A stretch of DNA of 64,000 nt from the NCBI GenBank assembly GCA_963845515.1, contig CAWJSR010000023.1:184726-248725 (forward strand). The letters run 5' to 3'. Source of the DNA: an uncultured delta proteobacterium (GTDB lineage: Bacteria; Myxococcota; Myxococcia; Myxococcales; Anaeromyxobacteraceae). Each line of letters begins with the position of its first letter. Positions within the stretch are counted from its first letter, which is position 1. The position numbers were made by a program, and so were the translations under genes. Shown in pieces: positions 1 through 9,849 of the stretch. Under the pieces are notes generated by a model, which worked only from the letters and a program-made list of their open reading frames with translations, had not been told where the DNA came from and ran no database searches.

Positions 1-128
1 AGCTCGGTCGGAGAGGAGTGGATCGTGACCGCGTAGAGCGACGTGGCCACCCGCGCCAGCCCCGTGCTGAGCCCCGCGAGGGCCAGCACCGCCAGGAACG
101 GCGCGATGGGGTCGGCGGCACGCCTCAC
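1..128 (-). CDS. 5' part of a membrane protein, probably an MFS transporter, running off the window
   Basis: Manual translation from GTG 128: VRRAADPIAPFLAVLALAGLSTGLARVATSLYAVTIHSSPTE. Hydrophobic first TM helix, directly downstream of the SDR gene. Confidence 0.45.
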   Translation of the reverse strand, partial: MRRAADPIAPFLAVLALAGLSTGLARVATSLYAVTIHSSPTE

Positions 129-138
129 AGCGACGCGC

Positions 139-945
139 TCACGGGTCGTGCGGGAAGCCGGCGACGACGAAGCCACCCCCGGAGACGTCGAGGCGGGTGC
201 CGGTGACGAACGAGGCCTCGTCGGAGAGGAGCCACAGGATCGGCTTCGCCACCTCGTCGGCGGTCGCCGGGCGGTTGATCGGGATGGTGGCGCTCACCGC
301 AGCGAGCGCGGCCGCGTCCTCGGTGGCGCGACGGGTCATCGCGGTGCGGGTGAACCCGGGGCGCACGACGTTCACCCGGATGCCACGCGCCGCGACCTCC
401 TTGGCGAGCCCCACGCTGAACGCGTCCACCGCCGCCTTGGAGGCGGCGTAGGCGGAGGCCCCGGGCCGACCGCCGATGGTCGCCGCCATCGAGGAGACGT
501 TGACGATGGCGCCGCCGCCCGCGCGCGCGTCGAACCGCTTCACGGCCTCGCGGCTCGCGATGATGGTGCCGGTGACGTTGGTGGCCCAGAGGGCCGCCAG
601 GTCGGCCGCCGCGAAGCTCGAGATCGGGCCGTGCTTCCCGCCGATCCCGGCGCTGTTCACGAGTCCAGCGAGCGCGCGCCCGGCGAAGCGGGCGTCGACC
701 TCGTCGAAGAGCCGGACGATCTCCTCCTCCTCCGCGACGTCTGCTCCGAAGGCGTGGATCTCGGCGCCCTTGGCGCGCAGCTCCGAGACGAGCGCCTCGG
801 CCGCGGCGCGCTGGGAGCGGTAGGTGATGGCGACGGGGATGCCGCGGGCGGCGGCGTGGCGCGCCACCGAGGCGCCGATGCCGCTGGAGCCGCCGGTGAC
901 GAGGATGGGACCGGGCGTCGAGCCCTTGCGAGTGCAGTCGGTCAT
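139..945 (-). CDS. Short-chain dehydrogenase/reductase (SDR)
   Basis: TGGSSGIG Rossmann motif, NSAG, NVSS, catalytic YAASK, VRPG. Confidence 0.93.
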   Translation of the reverse strand: MTDCTRKGSTPGPILVTGGSSGIGASVARHAAARGIPVAITYRSQRAAAEALVSELRAKGAEIHAFGADVAEEEEIVRLFDEVDARFAGRALAGLVNSAGIGGKHGPISSFAAADLAALWATNVTGTIIASREAVKRFDARAGGGAIVNVSSMAATIGGRPGASAYAASKAAVDAFSVGLAKEVAARGIRVNVVRPGFTRTAMTRRATEDAAALAAVSATIPINRPATADEVAKPILWLLSDEASFVTGTRLDVSGGGFVVAGFPHDP

Positions 946-952
946 GGACGCC

Positions 953-2272
953 TCAGACCTGGGGGAACTTCCACTGGGGGAGCCGGCCGCCGACGGCCTC
1001 GCCGGCTGCGATCCGGAAGGCGTCGTGCGTCGGGCTGCTGTTGCCGAGCGCGCCGTAGAGCTGCGCCGTGGTGTAGCCGTGCTTCGCGAAGATGGCGGCG
1101 ACCTTCAGCGTCAGGTCGTAGTGCCAGCTGGCCTCGGGCGTGCGGTGCCCCTCCAGCGCCGAGCCCGGGTTCGGGCACCACTGCCCCGCGAAGCAGATGA
1201 CCCCCCTCGAGGCGAGGTGCTCGACCCCCTGGAGGATCGAGTCCTTCGGCTCGATCCCGGCCACGATGTTGGAGCGGACGTTGCCCCGGCCGAACACCTC
1301 GGCCGCGCGCTCCAACGCCTTGACCCAGTGGTCCCAGCCGCCGCAGCGCTTCTGCTTGCCCGGGCAGATGGCCTTGAAGATGTCGCGATCCCAGATCTCC
1401 AGGTTCATCGCGAGCGTCGTGTAGCCGGCCTCGCGGTACTTCTCGAGGATCGACAGGTCGAGCGGAGCGCCGATCACCGCCGTGCCGTGGATCTGCTTCA
1501 CGCCGGTCCGCGACTTGATCTCGTCGGCGACGTCCAGGTAGTACTCCACCTCCCGCCGCTCAGGGATGAAGCCGCCGGTGACGTTGATGTGGTTGGCGAG
1601 GTTCAGCTCGTACGCGGCCGCGTAGACCTCGGCCACCTGTCGTGGCGTCTTGAGGAAGATGTTCTGCTTCCGGTAGGCGTCGGCCGTCGAGTTGATGTTG
1701 CAGTATCGGCAGTCGTCGCCTGTCTGCTTCAGGTCGCACTCGTTGCTGAAGAAGACGCCGATGCCCCCCTCCGGCGTGAAGTTGGCGATGTGGTCGAAGC
1801 CCTCGCCATCGCTCGTCTTGAGGTCGAGCAGCTTCGGCCGCTTGTAGAACTCGATGTCGGCGACCCGCTCCCCGTCCCGGTGGAGGACCGGCTTCCCCGA
1901 GTCGGCCTGGAGCCGGTAGCGGGAGTCGGGATCCCAGCGGAACGCGGTGAAGAGCCCGTGGGGCAGGTAGAACGCTGCCGGCAGCTCGAGGTCGCCGTGG
2001 TGCGCCTTGTCCATGTCGAAGAGCAGGTGGATCTGCTCCAGGTTCTCCGTGCCGATCCGGAACTGCCGGAGCGCCTCGCGGTCGAAGGCGATCCCCTCCA
2101 CGCCGAGGGCGAGCTTCAGCTTCAGCTCCTCGAGCAGCACGCGCCGGGCGTCCTGCGCCCCGTCGGACGTCACCTCAGTGGTCTGGGTCTTCTGGCAGCT
2201 GGACGTCCCGCTGCAGCCGGTCCGGGCTCGGGCGTTGGCGGCGTTGGGCAGGGTCGTGACTGATTCGGTCAT
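953..2272 (-). CDS. Radical SAM protein, paralog 1 (Cx8Cx2C)
   Basis: SNECDLKQTGDDCRYCNIN; TGGFIPERRE, ICPGK and PNPGS..GHR motifs shared with the paralogs. Confidence 0.85.
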   Translation of the reverse strand: MTESVTTLPNAANARARTGCSGTSSCQKTQTTEVTSDGAQDARRVLLEELKLKLALGVEGIAFDREALRQFRIGTENLEQIHLLFDMDKAHHGDLELPAAFYLPHGLFTAFRWDPDSRYRLQADSGKPVLHRDGERVADIEFYKRPKLLDLKTSDGEGFDHIANFTPEGGIGVFFSNECDLKQTGDDCRYCNINSTADAYRKQNIFLKTPRQVAEVYAAAYELNLANHINVTGGFIPERREVEYYLDVADEIKSRTGVKQIHGTAVIGAPLDLSILEKYREAGYTTLAMNLEIWDRDIFKAICPGKQKRCGGWDHWVKALERAAEVFGRGNVRSNIVAGIEPKDSILQGVEHLASRGVICFAGQWCPNPGSALEGHRTPEASWHYDLTLKVAAIFAKHGYTTAQLYGALGNSSPTHDAFRIAAGEAVGGRLPQWKFPQV

Positions 2273-2303
2273 GGCGTTCTCCGTTCGAGGTTGGGTGGGG
2301 GGG

Positions 2304-3548
2304 CTAGGCCGGGGCGGGCTGGGCCGCCGCCTGCTTCGCCTTGCAGCACGGCCTGGCGGTCCGCTCCTCGCGCGGCAGGAAGGCGCGCCCCTCCTCGATC
2401 CTGTAGATGTCGTGGACGAGGGTCAGAGGGGCGGCGTTGGCGTCGTAGATCTGGTCCCACGTGTAGCCGGCCTTCCGGTAGATCTCGGCCGTCTGCTTCG
2501 CGACATCGAGGTGCCACGCCGGCTCGGGTGCGCGGTGCCCTTCGAGCGCCGAGCCGGGGTTGGGGAACCAGTTTGGCGAGATCGCCAGGATCCCCTTGGA
2601 CGTGAGGTGCTCGATCCCCTCCAGCGTAGAGGCCTTGCTCTCGAGGCCGCCCACCATGTTGGAGCGCACGCGGCCGCGGCCGAAGACGTCTACCGCGCGC
2701 TCCAGCGCGTTGATCCAGTGCTTCTGGCCACCGCAGAGCTGGTCCTTGCCGGGGCAGTAGGCCCGGAAGAAGTGCTCGTTCCAGACCTCGATGTTGATCG
2801 CGAGCGTCCTGAACCCGACCTCCCTGTACTTCTCGATGATGGAGAGGTCCTGCGGCGCGCCGATGCAGGCGGTGCCGTTGAAGTCGGTCAGCCCGGTGTG
2901 CTCCTTGATGCTCTCGGCGACGTCCAGGTAGTAGTCCACCTCGCGCCGCTCCGGCACGAAGCCGCCGCTGATGGTGACGTGGCGCGCGCCGTCGGCGTAC
3001 GCCGCCGCGACCGTCTCACCGATCTGGCGCGGGTACTTCCACTTCACCCCCTCGGCGTCGCCGTAGGTGTCCCGGGTCGCGTTGATGTTGCAGAAGAGGC
3101 AGTCCTTGCCGGTGGACTTGAGCGAGCACTCGTTGCTGTACGCCACGAAGACGACACCGTCGGTGTTGTTCACCGCGACCGTCTTCATGGCCGTCCCGTC
3201 AGAGGTCTTCTTCGCGTAGTAGGCTGGCCGCTTCACGAAGTCGACCGGGATGGACTCTCCGTCCCGGCGGACGACGAAGTACTGCGTCCCGTCGCGCTCG
3301 AGCCTGTTGGCGGAGCGGCGCGTGTAGTTGAAGAGCGTGACGAGCCCGTTCGGCAGGACGAGGTAAGGGGGCAGCTCGAGCCCGACGTGCGTGTCGGTGT
3401 CGTACTCGAAGAGGCAGTGAACCTGCTCCTGGAGCCTCCCGCCCACGTCGAGCCCCTCGAAGATCCTGGGGTCGAAGTTGATCCCCTCCTGGCCGAGCTC
3501 GGCCTTCAGCTGGAGCTCGCGGTACAGCACGTCCTTGTCGGCAGCCAT
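2304..3548 (-). CDS. Radical SAM protein, paralog 2 (Cx8Cx2C)
   Basis: SNECSLKSTGKDCLFCNIN; SGGFVPERRE, YCPGK, PNPGSALEGHR. Confidence 0.85.
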   Translation of the reverse strand: MAADKDVLYRELQLKAELGQEGINFDPRIFEGLDVGGRLQEQVHCLFEYDTDTHVGLELPPYLVLPNGLVTLFNYTRRSANRLERDGTQYFVVRRDGESIPVDFVKRPAYYAKKTSDGTAMKTVAVNNTDGVVFVAYSNECSLKSTGKDCLFCNINATRDTYGDAEGVKWKYPRQIGETVAAAYADGARHVTISGGFVPERREVDYYLDVAESIKEHTGLTDFNGTACIGAPQDLSIIEKYREVGFRTLAINIEVWNEHFFRAYCPGKDQLCGGQKHWINALERAVDVFGRGRVRSNMVGGLESKASTLEGIEHLTSKGILAISPNWFPNPGSALEGHRAPEPAWHLDVAKQTAEIYRKAGYTWDQIYDANAAPLTLVHDIYRIEEGRAFLPREERTARPCCKAKQAAAQPAPA

Positions 3549-3563
3549 CGGTGCAACTCCTGT

Positions 3564-4997
3564 TCAGGTGTGGGGCAGCTGGAGCGGGGTTCTTGAGGGA
3601 GGGATCGAGAGGGCACAGCCCGAAGCAGGACGGCGAGCGGTGCCAGCAGCCGGCTCGAGCGTCTCCTGGCGCGGTTCGGCGCGGCTCGTCGCCGCTGCCC
3701 GCTCCCGCCGGACGGCGCCGAGCAGCTCCTCCACGAGCGTCACCGCGCCGTCGACTCCGGCGAAGCTGCGGCGAAGGACCGGGACCGCGTGGACGGGGGC
3801 AGCCGTCTCCACGAGGGCGGCGCCGAGGCCGCGGGCGGCGTAATGCTCGAGCGCGCTGCCCAGGATGAGCTCCGGGCCCGAAGCGGCGAGCGCGCGGGCG
3901 ATCTCCTGCCGGCTCTCGAGGAACTGGACGTCGACCCCGCCCCCCGCGATCGCGCGGATCGAGGCGGCGATGGACGCGTGGCGCTGCGCCGGAGGGCGAT
4001 CGGTGACGATCACCTGCTCGACCAGCTGTCCCAGCGTCCCGGAGAGGAAGCGGGCCTGGCCGACTGCCGCGGCGGTCCCGCCCACCACTGCGATCCGCTC
4101 CTGGACGTCTCCGAGCAGGAGGCTGGGCGCGGCCTTCTTGAGGAAGTGGCGCAGGCGCGAGTCCAGGCGCGCCCGGGCGGCATCGACGGTCCTTCCGTCG
4201 AGCGAGAGCGCCTCGGCCACCTTCTCCACGAGGAGCGCGGCGTCGCGGCTCCCGACCGGCAGGAACCCGAGGTCCACGACCGGCGTGCCATGGCGATCGG
4301 CGAGCAGCCGCGCAGCCTCGAGCCCCCACGGCGAGAGCACGACGTTGACGCGCGCGAGGGGCGCCTGGCGCCAGGCAGCGGTCCCCTGGCCGAGGCCGAC
4401 CAGCCGGTTCGACCGGAGGCCGAGCTCGGCCAGGATCCCCTCGACCGCCAGGAGGTCCCCCTCCCAACCCGGATCGCGGCCTGGGACCACTCCCAGCAGG
4501 TTCACGTCGGGCCTGTCGCCGCCAGCCTCTGGAGCCAGGATCGACGGGAGCTGCTCGAGGAGCGCGCGCGCGGTGGAGGCGTAGCCCGTCCAGCCGTTCC
4601 CCTTGAAGCCGGGGGCGGCGATCCCGAGGACCGGGAAGCGCTGCTCGGTCGCCTCCTTCACCATCGCGGGCACGTCGTCCCCGACCACCTCGGGGACGCA
4701 GCCGGTGACGACGACGTAGAGGTCGCCAGTGAGCACCTTCAGGGTGTTCTTGATCTGCTCCCGCAGGCGCGAGGTGCCGCCGAAGACGACCTGCTTCTCG
4801 TGCAGGACCGTCGCGCTCGTCTCGCCAGACGAGGAGGCGAGCTGGCCGAGGCCGCCGGCGAAGGCGTCGCCGGAGACCCGAGCCGCGACGGCGCACCCGG
4901 CGCTGGCGTGGAGGATCGGCACCACGCCGCCGACGGCCTCGAGCAGGCGGAGCGCGCCGTGGAGGGCGCAGCCATTCCGGTCTTCGTGCAGGGCCAT
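3564..4997 (-). CDS. Nitrogenase component-1 beta-like subunit (NifK/MarK/NflK-like)
   Basis: RNGCALHGA, PILHASAGC, EKQVVFGG, VTGCVPEVVGDD and PGFKG, typical of the nitrogenase component 1 oxidoreductase fold; three ligand-type Cys present. Confidence 0.85.
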   Translation of the reverse strand: MALHEDRNGCALHGALRLLEAVGGVVPILHASAGCAVAARVSGDAFAGGLGQLASSSGETSATVLHEKQVVFGGTSRLREQIKNTLKVLTGDLYVVVTGCVPEVVGDDVPAMVKEATEQRFPVLGIAAPGFKGNGWTGYASTARALLEQLPSILAPEAGGDRPDVNLLGVVPGRDPGWEGDLLAVEGILAELGLRSNRLVGLGQGTAAWRQAPLARVNVVLSPWGLEAARLLADRHGTPVVDLGFLPVGSRDAALLVEKVAEALSLDGRTVDAARARLDSRLRHFLKKAAPSLLLGDVQERIAVVGGTAAAVGQARFLSGTLGQLVEQVIVTDRPPAQRHASIAASIRAIAGGGVDVQFLESRQEIARALAASGPELILGSALEHYAARGLGAALVETAAPVHAVPVLRRSFAGVDGAVTLVEELLGAVRRERAAATSRAEPRQETLEPAAGTARRPASGCALSIPPSRTPLQLPHT

Positions 4998-4999
4998 GC

Positions 5000-6403
5000 C
5001 TACTTCACCTCGTGCTTGATGAACCAGTGGGTGCTCTTTCCGAGCCAGCCGGGCTGGTAGAGCGGGGCGTCCTCCTCCGCGAGGAAGCGCGCGAAGGACG
5101 GATGGGCGAGCCGGCGCGAGACCGCGGCGGCGAAGCGCTCCGCGCCCGCGTAGCCGAGGATTGGAACGGCCTGGAGATCCAGCACGGGTATCCCGAGCCG
5201 GAGCGCGTGGACTGCGGCGCTGCCGCTGCCGACGTAGAGATCCGGCTTCAGCGACGCGAGGAGGTTCACCTCCTCGAAGGCCTGCCCCTCGCCGACGAGA
5301 ACGCGGAGCCCCGGGTTGGCCGCGGCCAGCGCCTCCAGCGGCGAGGCGTGGCGGGCCGAGACCGTCGTGAGCCCGATGCCGGCGAGGCCCAGGCCCAGCT
5401 CACCGATCAGCTCGGCGACCCCAAGGGCCTGCTGCGGTGGAAGGCTGACGAAGATCCGTGCTCCAGCGTGGGGCGCCGTCCGCTCTAGCGCGCCGGCGAG
5501 CCGGCGCGCGTGGCGCGTGGCCACCTCGGCGGCCTGCACCGCGCGGCCGGTCGCTTCGCCTACGGCCGCCAACCAGCGGGTCGTCCCGACGAAGCCGATG
5601 GGAGGGGGCGGAGCGAGGTAGGGAACTCCCCGCAGCCGCCGCAGCGCCTCGCCGGCGTACTCGGCCTCGTCGGGATCGATGGAGATCGAGAGGCGAGAGG
5701 AGGCCACGCGCCCAAGCTCGGAGACGCGCGCCGACCGGGGGAAGAGGACGCTGTCGATGCCGACCTCTCCCAGGAGCGCCCTGAGCGCGTGGGTCTCCTC
5801 GGCCCCCTCGGCGATCGAGAGGAGGGTGACGTGGTCGCCCGCGCTCCCGTGGCGCCCAGGCAGCAGGTGGGACGCGAGGGCGTGGACGGCCACGTCGTGT
5901 CCGGTCGCGGCGACCTTGGAGCGGAACCCGTCGGCGAAGACCGGAAAGACCGGGATCCCCAGCTCGTCGCGCAGCTCGATGGTCGCCGAGAGGATGTCGT
6001 CGTTGTTGATGGCGACCACGGGCGTGGCGACGACCGCGATCGCGCGCGGCGACCGGGTCGCGAAGAGCCCCCGGATCGCGTCGTGCAGCTTGTCGTCTCC
6101 CCCCATGATCGAGTCGCGCTGGTCGAGCCCCGTCACGACCCACGGTGCGCTCGCTCCCTCCGCGTGCAGGCTGGCGGCGCAGCCTGCAGGTCCGTCGACC
6201 ACGATCCCGAGCCCGTCGACCGACCGGAGCAGCGAGAGCGCCCGCTGCACGTCGCTGGGCGTGTCCTGGCTGAACGTCCGGACCCGCTGGGCGAGCGGGC
6301 CGGCGGCCGCGTCGCGGGCGAGCGCCTCGACGGTGCCGGAGAAGGCGGCGATGACCCCGGTGCGCTTCTCACGGATCGGGGCGGTGCGCTGAAGGCTCGA
6401 CAT
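5000..6403 (-). CDS. Nitrogenase component-1 alpha-like subunit (MarD/NflD-like) with degenerate cofactor ligands
   Basis: PIREKR, RTFSQ, DGPAGC, DSIMGGDDKL, DGFRSK, QAFEEVN, LKPDL and LGYAG motifs; lies between the H-like and K-like genes; only one Cys in 467 aa. Confidence 0.8.
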   Translation of the reverse strand: MSSLQRTAPIREKRTGVIAAFSGTVEALARDAAAGPLAQRVRTFSQDTPSDVQRALSLLRSVDGLGIVVDGPAGCAASLHAEGASAPWVVTGLDQRDSIMGGDDKLHDAIRGLFATRSPRAIAVVATPVVAINNDDILSATIELRDELGIPVFPVFADGFRSKVAATGHDVAVHALASHLLPGRHGSAGDHVTLLSIAEGAEETHALRALLGEVGIDSVLFPRSARVSELGRVASSRLSISIDPDEAEYAGEALRRLRGVPYLAPPPPIGFVGTTRWLAAVGEATGRAVQAAEVATRHARRLAGALERTAPHAGARIFVSLPPQQALGVAELIGELGLGLAGIGLTTVSARHASPLEALAAANPGLRVLVGEGQAFEEVNLLASLKPDLYVGSGSAAVHALRLGIPVLDLQAVPILGYAGAERFAAAVSRRLAHPSFARFLAEEDAPLYQPGWLGKSTHWFIKHEVK

Positions 6404-6418
6404 GGCGGCGCGCCTCCC

Positions 6419-7291
6419 TCAGATCCCGGCCTGTGCCGAGACGACGCCCTGCTCGCTCTCGAGCACGAGGCTGCCCCACTTCCTGGCCCACGCTCGGAGG
6501 TCGTTTACGGCGAGCGGCTTGGGGATGACCGCCGACCGGTCCTCCAGGACCGTCCTGGCGAGCTGCCGGTAGACGTCGGCCTGCGCCGACGTCGGGCTCG
6601 CCTCGATCACCGTCTGCCCATACAGCTCGGCCTGCGCGACGGTCGTCGAGCGCGGGACGTACTGGATCGCCCGCGTCCCCGTCGTCGCGGCGAAGTCGTC
6701 GATGAGCGAGCGGGCGTACGGCGCCACGAGCGAGTTGGCGATGATCCCGCCGAGCTTGGCGCCGCCCGACGGGGCGTACTTGTTGATGGCGCGGAAGAGG
6801 TTGTTGGCGGCGTAGATCGACATGAAGTCCGAGGACGACACGACGTAGACGCGGTCTGTGAGCCCCTCCCGGATCGGGACGGCGAAGCCGCCGCACACCA
6901 CGTCGCCGAGGACGTCGTAGAGGACGACGTCCGGCTTGAACTCCTCGAAGAGGTGCAGCTCGCGGAGCAGCTCGATCGCTGCGTTGATGCCGCGCCCCGC
7001 GCAGCCGACGCCGGGGACCGGACCGCCCGCCTCGATGCAGAGGACGCCGGAGAAGCCGACCGCAGAGACGTCGGAGAGCTTCACCTGGGAGCCGTCCCGC
7101 GTGGCGTCGAGGACGCTGGGGAGGTAGGCGCCCCCGCGAAGGGTGTTGGTCGAGTCGCTCTTCGGATCGCACCCGATCTGGATGACCCGGCTCCCGCCCT
7201 CGGCGAGGGCGGCGGCGAGGTTCGAGGTGGTGGTGGACTTGCCGATGCCACCCTTTCCATAGACGGCGATGTGCTGGGGCCTGTGGCTCAT
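6419..7291 (-). CDS. Nitrogenase Fe-protein homolog (group IV, MarH-like)
   Basis: [12 protein letters not shown]-loop, [36 protein letters not shown]. The [19 protein letters not shown] and VPRS..V.QAEL segments resemble MarH as I recall it, more than true NifH. Confidence 0.92.
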   Translation of the reverse strand: MSHRPQHIAVYGKGGIGKSTTTSNLAAALAEGGSRVIQIGCDPKSDSTNTLRGGAYLPSVLDATRDGSQVKLSDVSAVGFSGVLCIEAGGPVPGVGCAGRGINAAIELLRELHLFEEFKPDVVLYDVLGDVVCGGFAVPIREGLTDRVYVVSSSDFMSIYAANNLFRAINKYAPSGGAKLGGIIANSLVAPYARSLIDDFAATTGTRAIQYVPRSTTVAQAELYGQTVIEASPTSAQADVYRQLARTVLEDRSAVIPKPLAVNDLRAWARKWGSLVLESEQGVVSAQAGI

Positions 7292-7301
7292 GTGGGTGCG
7301 C

Positions 7302-8099
7302 TCAGATCTGGTATTCGATGGTGGGGTCGGAGACGGTGAAGAACTCGCCGTAGATCTTCTTGCGGACGGCGGCGAAGGCGCCGTCGCTGCGATCGCGCGG
7401 GCGAGACAGGTTCACGTCGACGAAGCGGCGTACGGTCCCGGGGCGGCTCGACATGATCGCCACCCGGTCGCCCAGGAAGACCGCCTCGTCGATGTCGTGC
7501 GTCACGAGGATCACGGTCGACCGCTCGGCCTCCCAGATGCGCAGCAGCTCCTGCTGCATCTGGATCTTCGTGAGGGCGTCCAGCGCGCCGAAGGGCTCGT
7601 CGAGGAGCAGCACGCGAGGCTTGTTGACGAGGACCCGCGCGATGGCCGCGCGCTGGGCCATGCCACCAGAGAGCTGGTGCGGGTAGGCCTTCTCGAAGCC
7701 GGCGAGCCCGACCAGGCGGAGCGCATCGGCCACGCGCTCCCGCGCCTCGGCCTTCGGCACCCTGGAGAGGGCGAACGCGACGTTCCGCTCCACGGTGAGC
7801 CAGGGGAGCAGCCGGCTGTCCTGGAACATGATGCCGCGCTGGAGCGACGGACCGGCGATCGGCGCCCCGTCGACGGTGACGGAGCCGGTGTCATTCCGCT
7901 CGAGCCCGGCGACGATGCGCAGGAAGGTGCTCTTGCCGCACCCACTGCCGCCGATGATCGAGAGGAACTCGCCGGGGCGGACGTCGACGTTCACGCCCTC
8001 GAGGGCGACGACCTCGGCGCCGTTGGCGTTGAAGCGCTTGCCGATGCCGGTCGCCCGGATCGGCGGTGCGGGTTGCGCGACTGCGTTGGAGTGGCTCAT
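7302..8099 (-). CDS. ABC transporter ATP-binding protein (SsuB/TauB/NitT family)
   Basis: [39 protein letters not shown]. Confidence 0.93.
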   Translation of the reverse strand: MSHSNAVAQPAPPIRATGIGKRFNANGAEVVALEGVNVDVRPGEFLSIIGGSGCGKSTFLRIVAGLERNDTGSVTVDGAPIAGPSLQRGIMFQDSRLLPWLTVERNVAFALSRVPKAEARERVADALRLVGLAGFEKAYPHQLSGGMAQRAAIARVLVNKPRVLLLDEPFGALDALTKIQMQQELLRIWEAERSTVILVTHDIDEAVFLGDRVAIMSSRPGTVRRFVDVNLSRPRDRSDGAFAAVRKKIYGEFFTVSDPTIEYQI

Positions 8100-8126
8100 G
8101 GCGATGGCTTCCGGTCTCCTGGTTGG

Positions 8127-8924
8127 TCAGCTCTCGGCCTGCTGGTGGGATGGTCGCCAGCGGAGGACGTGCCGCTCGACGAGCCCGATCGCGGTGTTCA
8201 GCCCGAAGCCGATCGCGCCGATGACGAAGATCCCGACGATCACCATGTCCATCCGTCCGAGCGACCGCCCCTCGATGAGGACGCTGCCGACGCCGGGCGT
8301 GATCTGCAGGAAGAACTCCGAGCCGAAGGTCGCGAGCCACGAGGTGACGAGGGCGAGGTGAAGCCCGACCAGGATCTGCGGCGCCGCGGAGGGGATGACG
8401 ACCGACAGGACGAACCGGGCGCGTCCGACCTCCAGCACGCGGGCGAGCTCGCGGTGCTCCGGAGCGAGCGAACGGACGCCGACGAAGGTGTTGAAGATCA
8501 CCGGCGCGACGGAGGCGACGGCGATGAAGGCGATCTTGCAGGAGTCGCCCCCGCCGAACCAGGCCGAGATGAGCGGGATCCAGGCGAAGACGGCGACCTG
8601 GCGCCAGGCGTGGAAGGTGGGGCCGACGAGCCGATCCGCCCAGCGCGAGACGCCCAGCAGCACGCCGAGGGCGAGCCCCACGGCGACCGCGATGCCGAAG
8701 CCGGCGAAGGTCCGGACGAGGCTGGAGCCGACGGCGACCCAGAACCCGGAGTCGAGCAGGTGCTCGCGGGCGGTCGCGAGGACGACGGCCGGCGACGGCA
8801 GCAGGTTGGGGTCCACGCGCGCCAGCCGGGTCGCGGTGAACCAGGCGAGCAGGAGGGACGCGGGCAGCACGAGCCCGCGCAGCTGGCCCAGGGAGCGGCG
8901 GGAGAGAGCGATCGGGACGGTCAT
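8127..8924 (-). CDS. ABC transporter permease (SsuC-like)
   Basis: Hydrophobic; LLPSP, AWIPL and EAA-like ELARVL..GR motif. Confidence 0.9.
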   Translation of the reverse strand: MTVPIALSRRSLGQLRGLVLPASLLLAWFTATRLARVDPNLLPSPAVVLATAREHLLDSGFWVAVGSSLVRTFAGFGIAVAVGLALGVLLGVSRWADRLVGPTFHAWRQVAVFAWIPLISAWFGGGDSCKIAFIAVASVAPVIFNTFVGVRSLAPEHRELARVLEVGRARFVLSVVIPSAAPQILVGLHLALVTSWLATFGSEFFLQITPGVGSVLIEGRSLGRMDMVIVGIFVIGAIGFGLNTAIGLVERHVLRWRPSHQQAES

Positions 8925-8936
8925 GGCCGTGCCTTC

Positions 8937-9827
8937 CTAGAACGCGTCGCGCTGCCAGAGCCGCAAGCGGCGCTCGGCCGCGCTCAGCACCAGGTCGAGG
9001 GCCAGGCCGACCACGCCGATCACGACGATGGCCGCGATCACAACGTCGAGCTGGAAGAGCTGGCGCCCCCAGACCACCATGAAGCCGACCCCCTCGCTCG
9101 AGGCGACCAGCTCGACCACCACGAGGGACATCCACGCGGCGCCGAGCCCGCCGCGCAGACCGGTGAAGAGCGAGGGGAGGGCGGCCGGAATCGCGATCTT
9201 CCAGATGACCTCGTGGCGCCTGAGCTGGTGGACGCGGGCGAGCTCGAACCACTTGGCCGGGATGCCCGCGATCCCCTTGGCCGTGTTGACCGTCACGGGG
9301 AGGGCCGCGGAGTAGGTGATCGCTGCGGTCTTGAGCGGCTCGTCGATCCCGAAGAGGAGGATCAGCAGCGGGATCCAGGCCATGACGTTGACCTGGTAGA
9401 CGGCGAAGACGGTCGGCTGCACGTAGCTCCGGAACGAGGACGAGAGGCCGAACGCCGCGCCCAGGGCGAGCCCGATGGCAGCGCCGATCCCGAACCCCTT
9501 CGCGACGCGGACGGCGCTGACGCTCAGGTTGGAGAGGATCGTCCCGTCGCCCCAGAGCTCACGGAGCGTCTGCCAGACGACCGCAGGCGGCGGTAGGATC
9601 AGCGGTGAGACCCACTCGCGGTCCGCGACGAGCTGCCAGAGCGCGAGGAGGGTCGCAGGGAGGATCGCGGCCGCCAGCACGGTGCCCGCGCGGGCGACGG
9701 CCGGCCTGCGGAGCGTCACGGCGACGCGCCGCAGGACTCTGGAGAGCCGGTTCTCTCGGGGAGCCCCTGCGGCGCGGGGTCCGAACTCCCCGTTCAGCAA
9801 CAGCCCGGCAGCGGCATCGGTTTCCAT
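8937..9827 (-). CDS. ABC transporter permease (SsuC-like)
   Basis: ILPPP, AWIPLLILLFGIDE, IPAALPSLFTGLR, AWMSLVVVEL. Confidence 0.92.
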   Translation of the reverse strand: METDAAAGLLLNGEFGPRAAGAPRENRLSRVLRRVAVTLRRPAVARAGTVLAAAILPATLLALWQLVADREWVSPLILPPPAVVWQTLRELWGDGTILSNLSVSAVRVAKGFGIGAAIGLALGAAFGLSSSFRSYVQPTVFAVYQVNVMAWIPLLILLFGIDEPLKTAAITYSAALPVTVNTAKGIAGIPAKWFELARVHQLRRHEVIWKIAIPAALPSLFTGLRGGLGAAWMSLVVVELVASSEGVGFMVVWGRQLFQLDVVIAAIVVIGVVGLALDLVLSAAERRLRLWQRDAF

Positions 9828-9849
9828 CGGTCCCTCTCTCTTTGGTCCT

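Noticed and set aside
3564..7291. True nitrogen-fixation nifHDK cluster
   Set aside because: D lacks P-cluster and FeMoco ligands; no nifENB in the window; H looks group IV (MarH-like); the context is sulfur-type transport.
3564..7291. Canonical methylthio-alkane reductase marBHDK
   Set aside because: H fits, but D has only one Cys and the adjacent rSAMs are not NifB/MarB-type. A canonical set outside the window cannot be excluded.
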